Shown here piece after piece: positions 1 to 4,016 of a DNA stretch of 33,440 bases; the first letter of the stretch is position 1; each line of letters begins with the position of its first letter. The notes under the pieces were generated by a model. The model ran no database searches and was not told the origin of the DNA. It was given only the letters and a program-made list of their open reading frames with translations. Where the stretch lies: the IMG/VR virus record IMGVR_UViG_3300045988_163839, one strand, 5' to 3'. The translations under genes and the position numbers were made by a program. Source of the stretch: a virus.

Positions 1-85
1 CTTTTTTTTGTGTGTTGATGTCTTTGATTGCTCTGTTAATTATAGGTATGATAACTTTGTGTATAATTGTTGCTTCTAAATGGAA
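1..85. repeat. Terminal redundancy: 1-85 is identical to 33356-33440 (circular contig overlap; unit length 33,355 bp)
   Basis: Base-by-base comparison of both window ends. The ORF starting at 33157 continues in frame into 1..239. Confidence 0.95.
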
Positions 86-239
86 TAATTTTCCGCAAGC
101 AATAATAGTCATAATATCTAGTGTTGTAACCATTTTATCTACCATTATTGCATTGCCAACAATTATATGTAATTACCTATTTCATAAAAAAGAGGATAAA
201 GATTTACTTGATTTTATTATAAAATTAAATAACAAATAA
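1..239 (+). CDS. C-terminal part of a wrap-around ORF (33157..33355 + 1..239, 145 aa): two-TM membrane protein, candidate PanT-like toxin
   Basis: Same frame as 33157 across the junction. Has two hydrophobic helices (FFCVLMSLIALLIIGMITLCIIV, IIVIISSVVTILSTIIALPTII). Its start overlaps the stop of the upstream Panacea-domain gene (ATGGATAA). Confidence 0.6.
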   Translation, partial: FFCVLMSLIALLIIGMITLCIIVASKWNNFPQAIIVIISSVVTILSTIIALPTIICNYLFHKKEDKDLLDFIIKLNNK

Positions 240-250
240 ATAGTAACAAT

Positions 251-287
251 AAAAAAGCCACTCGCTATTAACTGAGTGGTTTTTTTA
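251..287 (+). terminator. Rho-independent terminator after the membrane-protein ORF
   Basis: Stem CCACTC (258-263) / GAGTGG (274-279) followed by T-run 280-287. Confidence 0.7.
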
Positions 288-513
288 TTGTTAAAAAACG
301 CCTTAAAAACTCAAGACGCTTTTTCTTGTTGGCAACAAAGAATCAGTTAGAATGAAATAATAAGACTTCCAAACAAATAATTATTTTTTATAATTGCTAG
401 ATAGGGTACTTTTAATAAATTTTTAAAAATCGTATAAAGTATTCAATTTTTGATTCAATATATAATTTTTGATAAAATTGCAAGAAAAAAATGTAAAAAT
501 TTTACTCTATCAG

Positions 514-542
514 TTGGAATTTGACGAAATATATTGTATAAT
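514..542 (+). promoter_or_regulatory. Candidate sigma-70-type promoter for small ORF 595..699
   Basis: TTGGAA (514-519), 17-nt spacer, TATAAT (537-542). The background is AT-rich, so specificity is limited. Confidence 0.4.
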
Positions 543-594
543 GTAAATACACCTCGATAGCTATTAAAGTGAATAAAGTATAAAAGGAGGAAAA

Positions 595-699
595 ATGGAT
601 TTTCTCTATTATTTTATTGCGGCATTGTTGGAAGACTTAGAGTACGAGGATGGAGAAAAGCTACTTGAGATTATTGAGAAATATCTCGATAATATTTAG
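595..699 (+). CDS. Small ORF-a (34 aa, MDFLYYFIAALLEDLEYEDGEKLLEIIEKYLDNI), member of the FLYYFIAALL small-protein family
   Basis: RBS AAAGGAGG lies 6 nt upstream. Paralogous to 2869..2985 and 32095..32313 with mostly synonymous differences. Its 3' end converges into and overlaps the end of 661..1050. Confidence 0.5.
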   Translation: MDFLYYFIAALLEDLEYEDGEKLLEIIEKYLDNI

Positions 700-1050
700 T
701 AAATCATCAGTTTGCTGAGGAGTTAAATTTTTAAATTTTTCTAAAGATAAATTATGAGAGCGCATTCTTTCAGCTATAGCAGTGGGTAAGTCTGTCGAAA
801 TAAAATCGGCAGACTTATTTTTTATATGCGTATTAACAATATTTTCGTAAGCATTGGGGATTTCAGTCCTGCCTAATAGATAATCAACGGAAACGTTGAA
901 ATAGTCGGCAAGCTTGTTGAGTGTGGCTATATCGGGTTCGCGTTGCCCTAATTCGTAATTGCCGTAAGCAGATACAGTAATACCTAAATATTTAGCTATA
1001 TCCGTTTGTGTTTGTTTCAGTGCTTTTCTTAATGGTTTCAAAGTTTTCAT
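661..1050 (-). CDS. XRE-family HTH repressor (CI-like, 129 aa), switch A
   Basis: N-terminal HTH_XRE signature (LKQTQTDIAKYLGITVSAYGNYELGQREPDIATLNKLADYFNVSVDYLLG). RBS AAGGTGA. Divergent from promoter 1116-1144. Confidence 0.85.
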   Translation of the reverse strand: MKTLKPLRKALKQTQTDIAKYLGITVSAYGNYELGQREPDIATLNKLADYFNVSVDYLLGRTEIPNAYENIVNTHIKNKSADFISTDLPTAIAERMRSHNLSLEKFKNLTPQQTDDLLNIIEIFLNNLK

Positions 1051-1068
1051 GATATTTCACCTTAAAAC

Positions 1069-1097
1069 ATTTTAACATAAAGTGCAAATGAATTCAA
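1069..1097 (-). promoter_or_regulatory. Promoter of the switch-A repressor gene
   Basis: Minus strand reads TTGAAT (1097-1092), 17 nt, TAAAAT (1074-1069). Confidence 0.55.
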
Positions 1098-1115
1098 CAA
1101 AATGGCTAAAAATAG

Positions 1116-1144
1116 TTGACAATAGACAAAATGTGTGATAAAAT
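1116..1144 (+). promoter_or_regulatory. Rightward early promoter P_A
   Basis: TTGACA (1116-1121), 17 nt, TAAAAT (1139-1144), with an extended -10 TG at 1136-1137. Flanked by direct repeats AAATGGCTAA (1102-1111, 1161-1170) that are candidate operators. Confidence 0.7.
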
Positions 1145-1195
1145 ATGATTAAGTTAGACGAAATGGCTAACTAATATAAAAAGGCAGGTAAAGGA

Positions 1196-1309
1196 ATGGA
1201 CGAAGAAATGCAAGACAAGACGCTCGAACGGATAATCGAGTATCTGACCACAAAAGGTTGGACGGATAAGGAAATCATTGAGATGCTTACATATTTAGCA
1301 AAAACGTAA
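1196..1309 (+). CDS. Leader small ORF of the P_A transcript (37 aa, MDEEMQDKTLERIIEYLTTKGWTDKEIIEMLTYLAKT)
   Basis: ATG 7 nt after the AGGCAGGT leader motif (1182-1189). Occupies the same position as leader ORF 31803..31949 in module C. Confidence 0.45.
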   Translation: MDEEMQDKTLERIIEYLTTKGWTDKEIIEMLTYLAKT

Positions 1310-1334
1310 AAAGGTAAAAAGGTAAAAAAGAAAA

Positions 1335-1414
1335 GCCGTCCGACGGAAATGCAAAAAGCGTAGGACGGCGATAAGGGAAGAGGGGCGAACAACCTGCCTA
1401 AGCCCCTCCGTTCC
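1335..1414 (+). ncRNA. Double-hairpin RNA element, copy A (candidate antisense/immunity or antitermination RNA)
   Basis: Hairpin 1 is GCCGTCC (1335-1341) / GGACGGC (1363-1369). Hairpin 2 is GAGGGGC (1380-1386) / GCCCCTC (1402-1408). The hairpin 2 loop contains ACCTGCCT (1392-1399), complementary to 1182-1189 and 1431-1437. No U-tract follows. Confidence 0.55.
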
Positions 1415-1456
1415 TATTATTATAGAGCAGAGGCAGGAAAAAGTCAAGGAGGTATA

Positions 1457-1660
1457 ATGAATTTTAAAGAACTGTTAAAGTCAAACGATATGACTTGTGC
1501 ACGTTTAGCGCGAAAATTAGGTGTTTCGCGTTCGCTTGTAGGATTTTGGGCGTCAGGTAAGTGTAAGCCTAGTTTAACGCAAATTCCGAAATTAGCAGAT
1601 ATACTATCGGTCGGAATCGACGAGTTGGTAAATTATTTTTCAGGAAACGGAAGTTTGTAA
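1457..1660 (+). CDS. Cro-like XRE-family HTH protein (67 aa)
   Basis: RBS AAGGAGG. HTH motif MTCARLARKLGVSRSLVGFWASGKCKPSLTQIPKLADILSV. First substantial gene of the rightward early transcript. Confidence 0.85.
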   Translation: MNFKELLKSNDMTCARLARKLGVSRSLVGFWASGKCKPSLTQIPKLADILSVGIDELVNYFSGNGSL

Positions 1661-1680
1661 AATAGAAATCAAAATCGTCT

Positions 1681-1883
1681 GTCACCGCTTTTGTACATGT
1701 TTGAGAGCCTAGTTATTTTATAAAACTCTTAAACAAGAGGGTATTTAAAATGGAAATCAAAATCGTTTGAGAGCCTTGTTATTTTGTAAAACTCTCAAAC
1801 AATTACAAAAGATGACTGAACAAAAGTGGTGTTTGAGAGCCTTGTTATTTTGTAAAACCTCAAACATGTACGAAAGCGGTGAC
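1681..1883 (+). repeat. 18-bp inverted repeat arms (1681-1698 / 1866-1883) abutting both edges of the mini-CRISPR array
   Basis: GTCACCGCTTTTGTACAT versus the reverse complement of ATGTACGAAAGCGGTGAC. All 18 positions pair, with one G-U wobble. Confidence 0.85.
1699..1865 (+). CRISPR. Cas-less mini-CRISPR array: 3 repeats (36/36/35 nt) and 2 spacers (30 nt each), type II-like repeat
   Basis: Repeats at 1699-1734, 1765-1800 and 1831-1865. Consensus is GTTTGAGAGCCTTGTTATTTTGTAAAACTCTCAAAC. Spacers at 1735-1764 and 1801-1830 are unique. R1 has 3 substitutions and R3 a 1-nt deletion. Confidence 0.8.
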
Positions 1884-1928
1884 AGCGCGAAACATAAAGG
1901 CATATAAAGACATAAGCAGAGGTGCGAC

Positions 1929-2189
1929 ATGGTATATAAACCGCATAATTTTGAAGTCACTATGGTAACGGCGGACGGGACAATCTTTAAAGGCGAGGAT
2001 TGGATGAAAGAGCCGCAGGTTTTTACATACGAAAAGAACAAGGAATTATGCGACGATTATGCGCGTAAAGTGGATCCTGCTTATAGAGCTAAAGAGCGCG
2101 CCGTCAAGCGTTTCGAGCGCGTAGAAGAGCGCCGCCGCGAGCTTTTGGAGCAGCGTGAAAAAATCGATAGAGAGCTTATAAAGTTTTAG
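1929..2189 (+). CDS. Hypothetical early protein (86 aa, basic/coiled C-terminus)
   Basis: ATG with RBS AGAGGTG. Lies downstream of the array in the same transcript. Its stop codon lies inside the solitary repeat 2183-2218. Confidence 0.65.
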   Translation: MVYKPHNFEVTMVTADGTIFKGEDWMKEPQVFTYEKNKELCDDYARKVDPAYRAKERAVKRFERVEERRRELLEQREKIDRELIKF

Positions 2190-2218
2190 AGCCTTGTTAT
2201 TTTGTAAAACTCTTATAT
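2183..2218 (+). repeat. Degenerate solitary CRISPR-like repeat unit (SRU)
   Basis: GTTTTAGAGCCTTGTTATTTTGTAAAACTCTTATAT: 32/36 identical to the array consensus, with differences at positions 5, 32, 34 and 36. Confidence 0.6.
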
Positions 2219-2269
2219 AAAAAGGAGAATGGACAGCGTAAATTATAAGATTTTTATTTTTGTCACGGC

Positions 2270-2494
2270 TTACTCATTGATATCGATAATAAATTGTTTC
2301 TTGCTATCGTTGGTTTCCGCGACGATTTTGCAATCTAAAATTTTAGCAATTTTTACGAGCTCATCAGCTCCGAAATTATCACGATATAGCTTATTACTCA
2401 TAGATTGCGGTATTATACCGATAGCGTCAGCTAAATCCTTAACTGTTATATTTCGCTCAATCATTAACTGTTTTATAGTTTTTGCTCCAGCCAT
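2270..2494 (-). CDS. XRE-family HTH regulator (74 aa), switch B
   Basis: HTH motif IKQLMIERNITVKDLADAIGIIPQSMSNKLYRDNFGADELVKIAKIL. RBS GAGGTGA. Divergent from P_B. Confidence 0.85.
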   Translation of the reverse strand: MAGAKTIKQLMIERNITVKDLADAIGIIPQSMSNKLYRDNFGADELVKIAKILDCKIVAETNDSKKQFIIDINE

Positions 2495-2515
2495 AATTAA
2501 TCACCTCACAAAACT

Positions 2516-2545
2516 ATCATAACATATTTGATTATATTTTGTCAA
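2516..2545 (-). promoter_or_regulatory. Promoter of the switch-B regulator gene
   Basis: Minus strand reads TTGACA (2545-2540), 18 nt, TATGAT (2521-2516). ATAATCAA-type repeats occur at about 2530-2539 (inverted), 2562-2571 and 2592-2601. Confidence 0.5.
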
Positions 2546-2583
2546 TTATAATTAAAAAATAATCAAAAAATATTAAAAAACGC

Positions 2584-2612
2584 TTGACTATATAATCAAA
2601 ATTGAGTATAAT
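2584..2612 (+). promoter_or_regulatory. Rightward early promoter P_B
   Basis: TTGACT (2584-2589), 17 nt, TATAAT (2607-2612). The spacer carries a TATAATCAAAA operator-like repeat. Confidence 0.7.
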
Positions 2613-2697
2613 ATAATCGTAAGGTTGAGAAAGACCTTGCGAAAATCTAAAAAGGCAGGTGAAAAAATGTAAAATGTAAAAGGGTTGGTTTGGTTGG

Positions 2698-2733
2698 GTT
2701 TGAGAGCCTTGTTATTTTGTAAAACTCTCAAAC
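2698..2733 (+). repeat. Perfect solitary CRISPR repeat unit (SRU) in the leader of the P_B transcript
   Basis: 36/36 identical to array repeat 1765-1800. Preceded by GGTTGGTTTGGTTGG (2683-2697) and followed 8 nt later by double-hairpin element B. Confidence 0.85.
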
Positions 2734-2741
2734 AACAAAAA

Positions 2742-2809
2742 GCCGCCCTCACTTTGAACGATAGGACGGCGAGAAGGTACGAGGGGCAAACAACCTGCCT
2801 AAGCCCCTC
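2742..2809 (+). ncRNA. Double-hairpin RNA element, copy B
   Basis: Hairpin 1 is GCCGCCC (2742-2748) / GGACGGC (2764-2770) with 1 mismatch. Hairpin 2 is GAGGGGC (2781-2787) / GCCCCTC (2803-2809). Loop ACCTGCCT (2793-2800) is complementary to 2653-2660 and 2829-2836. Confidence 0.55.
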
Positions 2810-2825
2810 GACCCTCTAATTATAT

Positions 2826-2984
2826 GACAGGCAGGTAAAAAAGTCAAATAAATTGGAGGATTTAAAAAATGGATTTAGGAATACGCACAGAGGAAGCAAA
2901 AGGGACGCATGTATTAGAGAAAGCAGAAAATAACGCGGAGTTTTTATATTATTTTATCGCGGCGTTATTGCAGGAAATGCCTTA
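2826..2984 (+). repeat. 159-bp direct repeat, near identical (2 mismatches) to 32052-32210
   Basis: Manual alignment. Covers the AGGCAGGTAAAAAAGTCAA motif, the RBS and the first 38 codons of the small ORF. Homology ends exactly at the TAA that truncates ORF-b. Confidence 0.9.
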
Positions 2985-2985
2985 A
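2869..2985 (+). CDS. Small ORF-b (38 aa), truncated paralog of 32095..32313
   Basis: MDLGIRTEEAKGTHVLEKAENNAEFLYYFIAALLQEMP*. RBS GGAGGA. The stop sits where the 159-bp repeat ends. Confidence 0.45.
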   Translation: MDLGIRTEEAKGTHVLEKAENNAEFLYYFIAALLQEMP

Positions 2986-3013
2986 ATGTTAACTTCAATA
3001 GGGCGATAAAATA

Positions 3014-3226
3014 TTATATCGGAAACATAAGCTCAATATCGAAATCCAGGCCGTTTTCCTCGGCCGAATCCCAGCAAGCTATAAGCTCAAGACACTCTAC
3101 ATAAGCGGTTTTCTCTCCGTAAATAAAATCGGTATCAACGACTTCTGAATCGTACAGTTCGCGCAAATGACTTTTAACCGTTTCGATAACGTACTTCAAT
3201 GCTTCTTCAGCTTTCATCTTTTGCAT
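3014..3226 (-). CDS. Small acidic hypothetical protein (70 aa)
   Basis: ATG with RBS GGGGGA. Stand-alone minus-strand gene in the accessory region. Rich in D/E, with no recognisable domain. Confidence 0.65.
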   Translation of the reverse strand: MQKMKAEEALKYVIETVKSHLRELYDSEVVDTDFIYGEKTAYVECLELIACWDSAEENGLDFDIELMFPI

Positions 3227-3334
3227 AATTCAATCCCCCACTATATGTGCTGAATAAATTATATCTTATTTATATATCAGGATTTTCGCCCACTAAGGGC
3301 CTAATCAAATATTTTTTACAAAGGAAGTTGAAAA

Positions 3335-3730
3335 ATGAAACACTATCAAAAGGTTAAACCGACGGAAAGACTGATTTTAAAAGCCCTTGTCGCTAAAGAC
3401 GATAATCCCGAAATAACCGAAGCATTCAGCAGGGCTCTGGACTTTTTCGACAGCTACGACAAGGTCGAACACACGGCGCACGCGGAGGTCATGCGAAAAA
3501 TTTACCTGAATAATAACTGTTATAAATACTCCGACAGCACGCACGGACTGCCGAGAAAAACCGGCGTACCAAGCAGAACGCTCTGCCGATACAGAAAAAA
3601 ATACCTGTCGTATCTTTACATGTTTTATTGCCGCCTGACCGGCAACGAATACACCGACAACATTACGAGCTTTTTTATACTGTTAAAACAAAAATTCAGT
3701 AAACAAAAACACGGAGGAAAAACACAATGA
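3335..3730 (+). CDS. Putative ArpU/RinA-type (sigma region-4-like) transcriptional regulator (131 aa)
   Basis: RBS AAAGGAAG. C-terminal HTH-like segment GLPRKTGVPSRTLCRYRKKYLSY. The domain call rests on motif resemblance only. Confidence 0.5.
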   Translation: MKHYQKVKPTERLILKALVAKDDNPEITEAFSRALDFFDSYDKVEHTAHAEVMRKIYLNNNCYKYSDSTHGLPRKTGVPSRTLCRYRKKYLSYLYMFYCRLTGNEYTDNITSFFILLKQKFSKQKHGGKTQ

Positions 3731-3966
3731 ACAACGAAACGGATATAATCAAACAAGAGCTGCGATATGCTATAATAAACAAGCGCGCCGAGCTCGATAT
3801 TCCGCAAACAAAAATGGCCGAGCTTTTGGGAATTTCGCCGAGAAGCTACGTTGATATCGAGCACGGTATCAGCATACCGCGCACGCAAACTTTAATTAAA
3901 TTCATGTGCCTGTTTAAGGACGACGCAATGAGGCTAATTGACAAAATTATTTTCAAACTGAACTAA
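3727..3966 (+). CDS. XRE-family HTH protein (79 aa)
   Basis: ATGA overlap with the upstream gene. HTH motif IPQTKMAELLGISPRSYVDIEHGISIPRTQTLIKF. Confidence 0.8.
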   Translation: MNNETDIIKQELRYAIINKRAELDIPQTKMAELLGISPRSYVDIEHGISIPRTQTLIKFMCLFKDDAMRLIDKIIFKLN

Positions 3967-3982
3967 AAAGAATATTAAAAAT

Positions 3983-4016
3983 AAAAGCCTACGGAATTAC
4001 TCCGTAGGTCTTTTTT
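3983..4016. terminator. Bidirectional rho-independent terminator between convergent genes
   Basis: Stem CCTACGGA (3988-3995) / TCCGTAGG (4001-4008), with A-run 3983-3986 and T-run 4011-4016. Confidence 0.8.

Noticed and set aside
1-85. The 85-nt terminal repeat as a biological direct terminal repeat (packaging end)
   Set aside because: It falls in the middle of an ORF and has the length and appearance of an assembler overlap on a circular contig. True termini cannot be inferred from sequence alone.
1171-2041. Minus-strand ORFs 1171..1392 and 1757..2041
   Set aside because: They run antisense through the leader ORF and hairpin element and through the CRISPR repeats, where the repeat palindromes keep frames open. 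They have no RBS, and the plus-strand features explain the sequence better.
2229-2522. 97-aa plus-strand ORF with an apparent AAGGAG just upstream
   Set aside because: It is fully antisense to the clear XRE gene 2270..2494. The SD-like sequence is only 1 nt from the ATG. The translation is a low-complexity hydrophobic shadow.
1699-2733. Reading the 36-nt palindromic-ended units as ordinary rho-independent terminators or REP-like elements
   Set aside because: No T-tract follows any copy. The 18-nt loop is large for a terminator. The strict 36/30/36/30/35 periodicity with unique spacers, and the type II-like consensus, fit a CRISPR origin much better.
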